DNA of 63,024 nucleotides, filler included. It is 8 parts of 8 records of this genome, joined end to end, with 100 filler letters (N's around TTAATTAATTAA, not from the genome) between each part and the next. Parts side by side here need not be neighbours in the genome. Positions count along the whole stretch, not along the records: positions 41,082 to 48,979 come from SRR2962707_5275; positions 49,080 to 57,352 come from SRR2962707_5276; 6 more parts are not named here. The stretch is one strand, 5' to 3'. Position numbers and translations under genes: made by a program. Shown here in pieces: positions 46,893 through 56,320 of the stretch. The first letter of the stretch is position 1; every line of letters begins with the position of its first letter. The notes beneath the pieces were generated by a model. That model was not told where the DNA came from and did no database searches. It saw nothing but the letters and a program-made list of their open reading frames with translations.

Positions 46893-47231
46893 TTGCGAAA
46901 CTTAGGGCCAGCTTTTTAGGCAGAAGACGCTTGATTAGAATGATCGGGTTAGGTTCACATTCCACATGTCGCCTCTTTGACTTCGTTCTCTATTACAAGA
47001 AGTTTGCATAATGTTTCCAATGTCCGCGATGCGAATGCTGCATGGCAACGGTCAAAAGACAGCCTAAGGTCGGCTCTAGGCCGGGGGCGGCCATGACGCG
47101 TTATATCATAAAAATAAACTAAGGTTGGAAATAGTTTGCAAGGGCGGCTGGCTTGGTGTCAGTGCCGTCAAGCGAATTACCGAGATAAACTTGCTAACGT
47201 TTTCTTAACCAGTGTTTGCCAGATTACGCTT

Positions 47232-47429
47232 ATGAGTGTTTGGAAGCTCGAAGCCAGTATGACCGAAGAAAGGGCCCCCTCAAAATGGGGCTATGCCTTA
47301 GCTTTGAACGCCGAGGAAGCTCTTGAGCACTGCAAGAAAACTAGCGGACTTCCATTGAATTGGGTGCATGAAAAGCACCCCGAGATGCTCTGGCCTGGCT
47401 TGCCCGGCAAGCAGGTCGACTGGTCTTAG
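47232..47429 (+). CDS. Small hypothetical protein
   Basis: MSVWKLE...WGYALALNAEEAL...WPGLPG, convergent with the nuclease gene. Confidence 0.4.
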   Translation: MSVWKLEASMTEERAPSKWGYALALNAEEALEHCKKTSGLPLNWVHEKHPEMLWPGLPGKQVDWS

Positions 47430-48517
47430 GCTGCCCCGCCGCGAGATACGCGGAACGCCGTCGGCTCCAGCAGCCATTCATCAATATCCCAACGGATAAG
47501 CGTCTCAAGCGTTCCGCCGGAAGCCTCGGGCCGCTTTTCATCTTTTTGTAGACGAATGCCTGTCACTATCATCAGCGCGGTGCGGCCCTTCTCCTTGCGA
47601 TGCAGCGCAACCTCGCCATGCGTCATCGCAATCGCATCAGCTTTGTCGCTAGTCGTGCCTTTGACCTCCACGAAGAGTATTTCATCATCTTTTTTGGCTT
47701 CGAAGTCGTAGGGCTTGTTGGCCGATGTGTTGCTTGGCTTGTACCCTTGGGATAGCAACCAATCCTCGACCATATCCATGGCGCGTAGCTCTACTGCGTG
47801 GCGTTCTTTGGCGTTGAGGCCAAAGCCCTGGCCTTTGCGGGCATTAGATGTAGGGCGGGTGATATCGAGAATATCGAGCTCGGTCTGATCTGCAGGGGAA
47901 AGCTCTCTGCCTAAGCGCTGCGCCGCATAGATCGACTGCAACATTTCAGCGGCTTCGATCAAGTGCCGCTCCATAACATCATTCTCAATGTCATTGTAAG
48001 CAATCTTCTTTACGAGTGCGCAAGCGCGCTCGAACGATTTAGGAAGCTTCGCTCTCGCACCGAAATAATTCGCATCGGTAAAGGAACTAAGGTTACCGCG
48101 ATCCTCCAAGACAATCTCGCGCGCCCATTCGCAGCGTTTATCCAGTTCCTCTAGCGGCAAGACTATCGAATAGCCGTTGTAGAACTTAGAGGAGCTACAC
48201 CCGACAGCGATGTTCACACCTGAGCCATCGGTCGAAAAGTGCAGGACGACGTAAAAGCCATCAGTAGGGCGCGGCGACATCTCTTTCGAACAAAAGCGTG
48301 TCCAGGCAAGCTCCGTCTTTCGCCCAATCCCATCTGAACCTTCAACAAAGAAGTCATGGCCGAAGGGGCCCAGAGCGCGTGCCAGTGGTTCGCGGAGCGC
48401 GCGGATTTCCTCAGCAAGCTCTTGGCGTATAAGCCGCCCACGTTCTTGCATCTCCGGCGTGTTCTCGGAGGAATATTCAGGCTGGAGCTCACAAATACGG
48501 CGAAGCGTGTCGCGCAT
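47426..48517 (-). CDS. McrB-N-like (DUF3578) plus DUF3883 PD-(D/E)xK nuclease, putative restriction enzyme
   Basis: N-terminal EGSDGIGRKTELAW.RF....SPRPTDGFYVV.HF. C-terminal AVELRAM...PYDF...FVEVKGTT...MTHGEV. Confidence 0.75.
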   Translation of the reverse strand: MRDTLRRICELQPEYSSENTPEMQERGRLIRQELAEEIRALREPLARALGPFGHDFFVEGSDGIGRKTELAWTRFCSKEMSPRPTDGFYVVLHFSTDGSGVNIAVGCSSSKFYNGYSIVLPLEELDKRCEWAREIVLEDRGNLSSFTDANYFGARAKLPKSFERACALVKKIAYNDIENDVMERHLIEAAEMLQSIYAAQRLGRELSPADQTELDILDITRPTSNARKGQGFGLNAKERHAVELRAMDMVEDWLLSQGYKPSNTSANKPYDFEAKKDDEILFVEVKGTTSDKADAIAMTHGEVALHRKEKGRTALMIVTGIRLQKDEKRPEASGGTLETLIRWDIDEWLLEPTAFRVSRGGAA

Positions 48518-48862
48518 TCTTTCCCAATCTATTTTGCTTGATTTTATCCTTGCACCTTAATGTGACGCACCGAAAGAGTGCAAAGCGGAAATCGTATTGA
48601 ACCTTTGAAATCGGCACTGTGGAAATGCAGTGAATGTCCGCAATGCGGGCTGCGGCTGCAGAATTTCCACCGGGTGTCCAAGGTCAGGAATGGGCCGGCA
48701 ACGGCGCTTGCGTCGCTTAGGTTCGGTGATGCAGCAGGGCGAAGAGGGTAAGAGGTAAGCAGCACCGTGAATGTCCCCAGCAGGCCAAGTTGATTGCAAT
48801 CCAGATCGATTAGGATTTTTCGATGTGTTGCGAAAATTCAACGCACTTAGCTGGCGACCTGC

Positions 48863-48883
48863 TGCTTCCGTAATGCTTCCGTG
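48863..48883 (+). repeat. Tandem TGCTTCCGT(A/G), candidate arm-type sites (right)
   Basis: Same motif and 11-bp period as 41242-41262. Confidence 0.7.
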
Positions 48884-48910
48884 AACGAAAACATCAGGCA
48901 GTCTCAAAAA

Positions 48911-48945
48911 ATAAAAACCCTCTAAGTCATTGACTTAAAGGGTTT
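48911..48945 (-). terminator. Hairpin/terminator just downstream of the tRNA 3' end
   Basis: AAACCCT-C-TAAGTCA-T-TGACTTA-A-AGGGTTT inverted repeat, followed by a T tract on the minus strand. Confidence 0.6.
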
Positions 48946-48949
48946 ATAT

Positions 48950-48979
48950 TGGCTCCGACGGTAGGGATCGAACCTACGA
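48950..48979 (-). tRNA. tRNA-Asn 3' end (partial), att site
   Basis: Minus strand TCGTAGGTTCGATCCCTACCGTCGGAGCCA. Overlaps the left-end fragment that carries the GTT anticodon. Confidence 0.8.
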
Positions 48980-49079
48980 NNNNNNNNNNNNNNNNNNNNN
49001 NNNNNNNNNNNNNNNNNNNNNNNTTAATTAATTAANNNNNNNNNNNNNNNNNNNNNNNNNNNNNNNNNNNNNNNNNNNN
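48980..49079. other. Artificial contig linker
   Basis: Same spacer. Confidence 0.99.
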
Positions 49080-49136
49080 GGGCAAAGATAGATAAATCCT
49101 TGCCCTCTGCAAATATTATGTAATTATTTATTGATG

Positions 49137-51206
49137 TTATTCCACCTTGAATGTATCAGCCGGAAGATCTTGATTCACAAGTATCTCCGTAGCTTTCAGC
49201 TCTATATTTTGCGGACCCACTTGTTGTTTAATCAAATGAGGGAACATTACACCAGATACTTCCATATAATCCTGGTAACTGACCGATTGTGTCGATTGAC
49301 CCTGCGGCGTATCCACTACTTTGGAATACCGTACCTTCAAGCCGCTTGCTGCATCAAAATAAACTGTGAATTTATTGCCTTGAGGCAGGGTCACTTCGAC
49401 AGCATATGCATCACTTCCATTGATATTTTCAACAGCAACTAACTCCATCTTAGCACCAAGTTCTTTCAGGCCAAGTTCAGAGAATAGAGATGATGAAACT
49501 ATCTGCTCTTCTTTGGTAGCATCATCCATGGGTATTTTATTGCCCATTTGAAGGACTGAAGCATTCTCACCATCTGATGTTGATGACAACACAGTCATAC
49601 CAGCCATACCGAATGTAATGTTTGATTTCATCCCCTTAGAGGCAATCTGGGTATAGCTCAGATCTCTTCCCATCATTTGACCAGCCATTTTTGTCGTCAC
49701 GTTTTCGATTTGGCTAATTGCATCTGCTCCACCAAGTGCCTTTTCATAATTTTGAATCACCTTATCTGCTGTCAATCCATCAGGTAATTTAGCCATCGAT
49801 GGATCCACTTCATTGCCATACGTATCATAGTACTTGAGCTCTCCAAACTGCTTCAGTTTTTCTCCAATTTCACTGGCCTTACCTACAATATTGATATATA
49901 CATTCTCCGTTTTCAGGTATTTCTGAGCCGCAGCTTTCACATCTTCAATGGTTACAGCTTGTACTTTTTGAATGTACGTGTCGTAGTAATCGGCAGGCAA
50001 GCTGTATATAGATGTGTTCAGAGCGAAGTTGGCCACCGTTTGTGGGCGTTCAAGAGACTGTGCGAAATTTCCGGAAATATAGTTCTTGGCAAGGGTTAAC
50101 TCCTCATCTGTGATCTCACCTTTTCTTACCTGCTCCATCTCGTAAAAGATCTGTACCACCGCGCTATCCGTCACTTCATTTCTTACATCTGCATTGGCAT
50201 TAAATCGGGATACCAATTCATCAGATGAAATACTGGATCTACTTCCGTAAGTGTAGCCTTTGTCCTCTCTAAGGTTCATGTTCAATTTGCCAGCAAACGA
50301 TCCGCCAAGAACCTGATTCATTACCCGTACTTTGATCTCATCCTCGGATCCAACCGGCAATACCACCGGGTAGGTCACATTGATTACAGATTGAACCGAA
50401 CTGGAACGATTCACCAAACCAACCATGGTTTTAGCTGGCAACTCAGGTGTCTCGTAAGTTGGCATTGGAACTTCTCCCTCAGCCCAGCTTCCGAAATAGG
50501 TTTTCACCAACTTCTTCATCTCCTTAGGATTTACATCGCCTACAATAGCCAGATAAGAAATATTCGGTTTGAAATAGGTCGCGTGATAATTCTTAAGGTC
50601 ATCCACAGTGATGTTGTTGGTTGTTTCCTCTGTCTGAATTTCGCCATAAGGATGGTTGTCGCCATATACCAACTTTGAATTCAGGTTGCTGGCGATTGCA
50701 TCCGGGCTCTCTTTGGATTGAGCTAACCCTGATAGGGTCTGCTTTCTGATTTTTTCCAACTCTTCCTCAGGAAAAGTAGGATTGAAAGCTACGTCAGTCA
50801 TCAACTCCAAAATCTTCTCCTTGTATTTAGAAAGGCCTGACGCAAACACATTGGTAGATCCTGCAAAAATGGATGCTCCGATAAAATCGATTTCTTCATC
50901 CAGTTGCTCTTTCGTTCTGGTCTCTGTACCGCGTTGCATCATTTGACCAACCATACTAAGGTATCCTACCTTGTCTGCTTCAAGAATCGCCTCCCTATCT
51001 ACCAATAAGTTGTAGCTTACTCTCGGGAGTTTATGGTTTTCGATGATGAAAACTTTCAGCCCGTTTTTAAGCTCAAAAGTTTCATACTCACCAATGTTAA
51101 TTGGTCTTGGTGTTGCCGCTTCCGGCAACTTACTCCGATCCACCTGTGCAAAAGAAGTCAGCACAGCCATGGTCAGAATGAATGAAAATATATTTTTAAA
51201 ATTCAT
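49137..51206 (-). CDS. M16 family peptidase, non-catalytic subunit with C-terminal extension
   Basis: LKNGLKVFIIENHKLP, HPYG, MNLREDKGYTYG. No HxxEH. Has a signal peptide. Confidence 0.9.
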   Translation of the reverse strand: MNFKNIFSFILTMAVLTSFAQVDRSKLPEAATPRPINIGEYETFELKNGLKVFIIENHKLPRVSYNLLVDREAILEADKVGYLSMVGQMMQRGTETRTKEQLDEEIDFIGASIFAGSTNVFASGLSKYKEKILELMTDVAFNPTFPEEELEKIRKQTLSGLAQSKESPDAIASNLNSKLVYGDNHPYGEIQTEETTNNITVDDLKNYHATYFKPNISYLAIVGDVNPKEMKKLVKTYFGSWAEGEVPMPTYETPELPAKTMVGLVNRSSSVQSVINVTYPVVLPVGSEDEIKVRVMNQVLGGSFAGKLNMNLREDKGYTYGSRSSISSDELVSRFNANADVRNEVTDSAVVQIFYEMEQVRKGEITDEELTLAKNYISGNFAQSLERPQTVANFALNTSIYSLPADYYDTYIQKVQAVTIEDVKAAAQKYLKTENVYINIVGKASEIGEKLKQFGELKYYDTYGNEVDPSMAKLPDGLTADKVIQNYEKALGGADAISQIENVTTKMAGQMMGRDLSYTQIASKGMKSNITFGMAGMTVLSSTSDGENASVLQMGNKIPMDDATKEEQIVSSSLFSELGLKELGAKMELVAVENINGSDAYAVEVTLPQGNKFTVYFDAASGLKVRYSKVVDTPQGQSTQSVSYQDYMEVSGVMFPHLIKQQVGPQNIELKATEILVNQDLPADTFKVE

Positions 51207-51225
51207 GATTTCTTGATTTAGGGTT

Positions 51226-52578
51226 TTACTGATCTTCGTCCATTTGCTCGCCTTCCGGCTTTTGCTGGGCCGATTTTGGCAAGTAGTAAAGGGTTACACG
51301 ATTTTCTGGAGTAAGGTATTTTTTAGCTACCCGTTGAATATCCTCCTTGGTTACTGCCATGTACCTTTCGATTTCACTGTTGATCAGATTGGCATCACCA
51401 AAGTAGACATGATAGTCAGCCAGGCTTTCTGCAATACCTCTTACAGTGCTATTTGAGCTAATGAAATTATTCTCAATTTGATTTTTCAACTTCTGGAATT
51501 CACGATCATCAATTGGCTCATTCATCACTCGCTCGATCTCGGTTGTCATTGCCTTCTCAAGTTCTTCAGGCGTTTTGCCAATGTTTACAAGTCCAAGTGA
51601 AATGAACAATCCGCCATCTTCAAGTGCAAATGGGAATGACCCCACGAAAGCAGCTAATTCCTGATTGTCAACAATCTCTTTCTGATACCTGGAACTCTGC
51701 CCACCAGAAAGAAGTGTGGTTAGCATTTGCATTGCATAGTAATCATCAGATCCCTGCTCTGCCATACGGTAGGCCTGGAATACACCTGGTAGCTGTACAT
51801 TATCAAATACTTCCTCTCTTACTTCCTCATCCATTTTAGGTGCAGAAATCTCCGGTCTTGGGATGGTCTTGGTTCCCTTTGGGATGTCTCCAAAATAGCT
51901 TGCTACCAATTTTTTGGTTTCTTCAATATCAATGTCACCTGCTATCGCAAGCGTGGCATTGTTTGGCACGTAGAATGTGTCAAAGAAATCTTTAAAATCC
52001 TCCTCGGTTGCTGCATCGATATCTTCAAAAGATCCGATTGGCGTCCATGAATATGGGGTGTCTTTGTAGGCCAATCCGAAGATTTTAGCCTGGAATGACA
52101 TGTAAGGTTGATTGTCAATTCTTGTTCTTTTTTCCTCCTTCACCACTTCCTTTTGGGTGGCCACTCCTATTGAGTCAATTTTAGCATGAAGCATTCTTTC
52201 TGACTCCATGTAAAGCGCCAGCTCAAGCTGATGCGACGGGAGAGTTTCAAAATAGAAAGTTCGATCGAATGAGGTGTTGGCATTTAACTGTCCTCCGGCA
52301 TTCTGGATGATTTTGAAGAATTCCCCTCTTGGAATATTAGGAGAACCCTCAAACATCAGGTGCTCAAAGAAGTGAGCGAAACCGGTTCGGCCTTTCGGCT
52401 CATTTTTAGATCCAACATGGTACAACACAGAGGTGTTGACGATTGGGGTGGAATTGTCCTGGTGTAAGATGACATGTAGTCCGTTATCCAGGTCGTACTC
52501 CACAAAATCAATTCGCCTTTCCTGAGCACTCACGCCCAGAAATGCGAGCAGACAAATTATGATTAGTGTATTACGCAT
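51226..52578 (-). CDS. M16 family zinc peptidase, catalytic subunit
   Basis: YHVGSKNE..GRTGFAHFFEHLMF, NANTSFDRTFY, VVKEEKR. Confidence 0.95.
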   Translation of the reverse strand: MRNTLIIICLLAFLGVSAQERRIDFVEYDLDNGLHVILHQDNSTPIVNTSVLYHVGSKNEPKGRTGFAHFFEHLMFEGSPNIPRGEFFKIIQNAGGQLNANTSFDRTFYFETLPSHQLELALYMESERMLHAKIDSIGVATQKEVVKEEKRTRIDNQPYMSFQAKIFGLAYKDTPYSWTPIGSFEDIDAATEEDFKDFFDTFYVPNNATLAIAGDIDIEETKKLVASYFGDIPKGTKTIPRPEISAPKMDEEVREEVFDNVQLPGVFQAYRMAEQGSDDYYAMQMLTTLLSGGQSSRYQKEIVDNQELAAFVGSFPFALEDGGLFISLGLVNIGKTPEELEKAMTTEIERVMNEPIDDREFQKLKNQIENNFISSNSTVRGIAESLADYHVYFGDANLINSEIERYMAVTKEDIQRVAKKYLTPENRVTLYYLPKSAQQKPEGEQMDEDQ

Positions 52579-52656
52579 ATTAATTAGGGTTTACAAAAAT
52601 TTCGATTTGATTAGTACCTCAAAACTAGGATTTATTACTCCTTGAGGTTATTATCT

Positions 52657-53649
52657 TCAAATTTTATTGAGGATCTTATCTACCAGGTCCTTCTTAAGTC
52701 TTGGTCCATACTTTGACACTACAGCCGAGCTTGCTGCGCTTGCCAATCTCCCAGCCTCCGCATAGCTATGGCCATGATTGATGGCATATAGAAATGCCCC
52801 AGCAAACATGTCTCCTGCTCCAGTACTATCAACTGCTTTGGTTGGGAAAGGTTCAATGTGATGATATTCCGATCCATCAAAAACCAGGGATCCTTTCTCA
52901 CTAAAGGTGATCACAAATTGCTTGGCAACCTTTGAGATTGCTTTCTTCACTTCCTCAAGACCTTGCACGCCTGTAAACAGTTCCGCTTCCTCGACATTGC
53001 AGAACAGCAAATCCACGCCATCACCAACCACTTCAACCATCTGGTCCCTGAAGTACTTCACCATTGACGGGTCAGAAAAAGTCAGACTCACTTTTACGTT
53101 CTTTTCTCTAGCTATTTGCTTGGCTTTTTTCATAGCTTCCAATCCGGTTGGGGAAGAAACCAGGAAACCTTCCATGAATATATAATTCGAATCACCTATT
53201 GCTTCAGCATCGAGTTCATTGGTAGAAAAATCAGTGGTAATGCCCAGGAATGTATTCATGGTTCGCTCTGCGTCCGGGGTGATCATCACCAGGCATTTTC
53301 CGGTGGTTCCAACATGCAGGTTATTGGTGTCTAGATTCGTATCTATTCCGCTTTCAATGAGATCCTTGACATAGAGTTCACCATCTTCATCGTTGGCAAC
53401 TTTGCATGTATAAAACCCTTTGCCCCCAAACAAGCTTAGGCCGAAAATAGTATTGGCTGCTGAGCCACCACCTTGCTTTTTTCTGATTTTCCCATGAACT
53501 CCCGCCAGTAATTGCGCTTGTCTTTCCTCATCCACCAAGGTCATCAGACCTTTCTCTACCTGGTTTTCTTGAAAAAATTGATCTTCAACTTCGATTTCAT
53601 AGTCTACCAAAGCATTACCAATGGCACATACATCATACTTTTTGCTCAT
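52657..53649 (-). CDS. PfkB family sugar/adenosine kinase
   Basis: GNALVD, GGSAANT, ERTMNTFLG, DSTGAGDMFAG. Confidence 0.92.
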   Translation of the reverse strand: MSKKYDVCAIGNALVDYEIEVEDQFFQENQVEKGLMTLVDEERQAQLLAGVHGKIRKKQGGGSAANTIFGLSLFGGKGFYTCKVANDEDGELYVKDLIESGIDTNLDTNNLHVGTTGKCLVMITPDAERTMNTFLGITTDFSTNELDAEAIGDSNYIFMEGFLVSSPTGLEAMKKAKQIAREKNVKVSLTFSDPSMVKYFRDQMVEVVGDGVDLLFCNVEEAELFTGVQGLEEVKKAISKVAKQFVITFSEKGSLVFDGSEYHHIEPFPTKAVDSTGAGDMFAGAFLYAINHGHSYAEAGRLASAASSAVVSKYGPRLKKDLVDKILNKI

Positions 53650-54527
53650 TCTTTTTCTGTTATTTCCAAAGCTCGATCAGGATAGTCCGTGATGATCCCA
53701 TCGACTCCCCAATCAATTAACTGTTTCATGTCATCCTGCTCATTCACCGTCCAGGGTATCACCTTCATACCTGCACCTTGCAGATTTTTAATTTCGTCAC
53801 GCGAAAGTAATGGATAATAACATGAATAAATTTCAGGGGTAAATCCCAGCTTCTGCACATTCGCTTTCCAATCTTTCTCATCTTCAATCAGCACAGCCAG
53901 TTTCACATTCGGATATTGCTTCCTGAAATATTGAAGTGTCCGGAAGTCGAACGATTGGATATTCACCCGATCCCAAATCCCCTTAGCAGAAATAAGCTCA
54001 AATACCAAATCAGAAAATTCCTCAGGGCCTGGATGAAACAATCCATCAGTTTCATTGGTAGTCTTTAATTCAATGTTGTAGAATAATGGTGCTCTACCGG
54101 ATTCTTTCACGAAGCTTTCTACACTATCGATCAAGGCAGAAAGTAGTGGTTTGAAAGTGGACATTTTCTTTTGCTCAGGAAAACGTGGATGTTCTTTTTG
54201 TCCACAATCAAACTTTATTATTTGTTCATAATCCAACCTATAGATATTGATGACAGAGTCTTCCGAAATGGTACCTCCACCAGCATCAAGACAAAAATCC
54301 GGAGAAAAATAGGGCTCGTGGCTCACCACCAATTGATTATCTCTTGAAACAACCAAATCCAACTCAAGCGTTTTCACCCCCATCTCAGCAGCCATTAGAA
54401 ATGCCGGAATAGAATTTTCAGGTGCCAAACCGCGGGCTCCTCTATGTCCCTGAATATCTATAGGTGTTGATTCCATGGTTTCAGTACAGGATAAACAAAC
54501 AAATATTAGCCAGATGATTTTTTTCAT
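53646..54527 (-). CDS. Glycerophosphodiester phosphodiesterase
   Basis: QGHRGARGLAPENS, LELD, NIELK, IQSFD, WTVN, GVDGIITDYP. Lipobox-like CLSC. Confidence 0.93.
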   Translation of the reverse strand: MKKIIWLIFVCLSCTETMESTPIDIQGHRGARGLAPENSIPAFLMAAEMGVKTLELDLVVSRDNQLVVSHEPYFSPDFCLDAGGGTISEDSVINIYRLDYEQIIKFDCGQKEHPRFPEQKKMSTFKPLLSALIDSVESFVKESGRAPLFYNIELKTTNETDGLFHPGPEEFSDLVFELISAKGIWDRVNIQSFDFRTLQYFRKQYPNVKLAVLIEDEKDWKANVQKLGFTPEIYSCYYPLLSRDEIKNLQGAGMKVIPWTVNEQDDMKQLIDWGVDGIITDYPDRALEITEKE

Positions 54528-54565
54528 ACGTATTTAATTGGTCGAGTTTGTTGCAACAAAACTCA

Positions 54566-55645
54566 TCACGACAAGAACTTAATTCGGGTAAAAATGTAAT
54601 GCAACGACTCTTCATTGATGACTAAACGGTAGAAATCGGAATCTGCCAATTGCTGCGGTTTATAACCACTATCATTAAGATATTTCTTACTGATTTTCTT
54701 GTCAAACCAGTGAACGAGTCTGATTTTATCTCCTTCGATCTCAAGGCATGTCATCCCCCTTTTCCCTACCACGCATCCTGAGTTAAATACACAAGGGATA
54801 TGAAATAAGGTATTGTAGACATAATTCTGAAAATTATGATCCTTGTTCTCCCTGTAGTATTTCTTAAGCTCCTTCTTGTTTGATTTGATGCTTGATTGAA
54901 TTTCTTGCAGTTTTTCTGGCTTAGCCTGTGCATACTCTCTACATAGCTGCTCAATCTTGTATTTTAACCGCTCTACTTTATGAAGAGACTCGAAGAGAGG
55001 ACGGTGGGTATGTCCGATGATTGACACCACTTTGTTGAACGCTGAAAAACCGTATGCTCGCTTTTCTATTTTGTACTGTTTTTTACTGCTGTGGGAAACT
55101 GAGTAGCTCTTGATGCCAAGGGGGTTGGCAAAGTATTTCAGTGTGAAGCCTATTAGTTCGTTGTGCTCCTGATATTTCTTACTTGCCTGATGGCCGTGAA
55201 AAATGAATAAATCATTCTCTTCAAATTTTAGCCGCAATGATTCGTAGTGCTTATAGGTGAAAGGAAGATCCTTCATCAGGTATAATTCCAAGTCATGGTT
55301 TCCTATGGTCTTGTAAAGGGCTTGCCTTTCATTAAACTGATCAAACAGATCGTAGACTTTCTTCCATTTCTTAAAAATCTTTTTGACTTGAAAACGCTGA
55401 AGTTCCTCAACATCGCCATTCAGTATCAGGGCGTGTTTGTTTTTGAGGTAATACTTTTCAAGTGTATCTGTAAATAACTTCGAATTCCTCTTGAAGTCGT
55501 CGGTAGCACCTCCATCGCCCATGTGGAGGTCAGAAAAAATGACCCATTTTTTATGCGTTTTCAAATCCATTGTATGACTGGATTCAAAAAGTTTATTCAG
55601 CTTTCTGTAAAGTACTTTGGTATTGACGCTGTTCTTATTGGCCAT
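54566..55645 (-). CDS. Calcineurin-like metallophosphoesterase
   Basis: SDLH, NGD, GNHD, FHGH, GHTH, NSG motifs. Confidence 0.88.
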   Translation of the reverse strand: MANKNSVNTKVLYRKLNKLFESSHTMDLKTHKKWVIFSDLHMGDGGATDDFKRNSKLFTDTLEKYYLKNKHALILNGDVEELQRFQVKKIFKKWKKVYDLFDQFNERQALYKTIGNHDLELYLMKDLPFTYKHYESLRLKFEENDLFIFHGHQASKKYQEHNELIGFTLKYFANPLGIKSYSVSHSSKKQYKIEKRAYGFSAFNKVVSIIGHTHRPLFESLHKVERLKYKIEQLCREYAQAKPEKLQEIQSSIKSNKKELKKYYRENKDHNFQNYVYNTLFHIPCVFNSGCVVGKRGMTCLEIEGDKIRLVHWFDKKISKKYLNDSGYKPQQLADSDFYRLVINEESLHYIFTRIKFLS

Positions 55646-55888
55646 TTCAGAAAATCAGTACAAATCAACTAGCCAAGTTATGGATTCACCTAGAAGAAGT
55701 ATGCTTTTTTTATGAATAAGAATAAAAGTTAACATTTACGAAAAACAGATTTCACCATATTAGGAATTGGCATTGACTAACATAATTAGGTGAGCAACAG
55801 CTACCCTAAAATGGGTAAAATAAAGGTAAGGCTTGCGATCAAGTTTTTGATTTTTTTACTTTAGAGTTCAACTTAACAATCACTACCT

Positions 55889-56266
55889 ATGACTGATTTT
55901 GATGTGCAACCAACAGTAGGAATTCAAAAAATAAACCATAAGGGCACGGAAATTATCTACATCGATTACCGTGGACAATCCGAAGAACAGATGCTTGATA
56001 CAGCTGAATCATTGAAAGAATATCTTCTTTCTGAACCGGGAGAGCATCTTCGGTTGGTAAACATTTCTGACACCCCTGCTACTCGCAAATTCACGGCTTA
56101 CATCAGAGAGCTTGGCAAAGAGACAAAACACATTCCTGTCCGTGGAGCGATTGTGGGTATTACAGGTGCCAAGAAAGTATTGCTATCAGGCTACAATAGG
56201 TTGTTAGGTGGAGCTATGCGCCCCTTTGATGATGAGGAAACTGCCAAGGAATACCTGGTAAGCTAA
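55889..56266 (+). CDS. Hypothetical SpoIIAA/STAS-like protein
   Basis: HKGTEIIYIDY...AIVGITG.KKVLL...FDDEETAKEYL pattern. Confidence 0.65.
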   Translation: MTDFDVQPTVGIQKINHKGTEIIYIDYRGQSEEQMLDTAESLKEYLLSEPGEHLRLVNISDTPATRKFTAYIRELGKETKHIPVRGAIVGITGAKKVLLSGYNRLLGGAMRPFDDEETAKEYLVS

Positions 56267-56272
56267 AACACA

Positions 56273-56300
56273 AAAACCCAGGCCATTTAGCACTGGGTTT
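56273..56300. terminator. Probable bidirectional terminator
   Basis: AAACCCAG...CTGGGTTT hairpin between convergent genes. Confidence 0.6.
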
Positions 56301-56320
56301 CGTTGGTTGTCCAAAAACTA

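Larger units (their letters stand above)
41082..48979. mobile_element. About 7.9-kb integrative element at tRNA-Asn with rolling-circle Rep
   Basis: tRNA-Asn 3'-half sequence at both ends (shared GGATCGAACCTACGA), integrase, Xis/AlpA, Rep_trans and cargo genes. Confidence 0.85.

Noticed and set aside
49137-52578. M16 peptidase pair as the processing enzyme for the polyprotein
   Set aside because: These are intronless bacterial genes with signal peptides on a separate contig; co-occurrence in the window is incidental.
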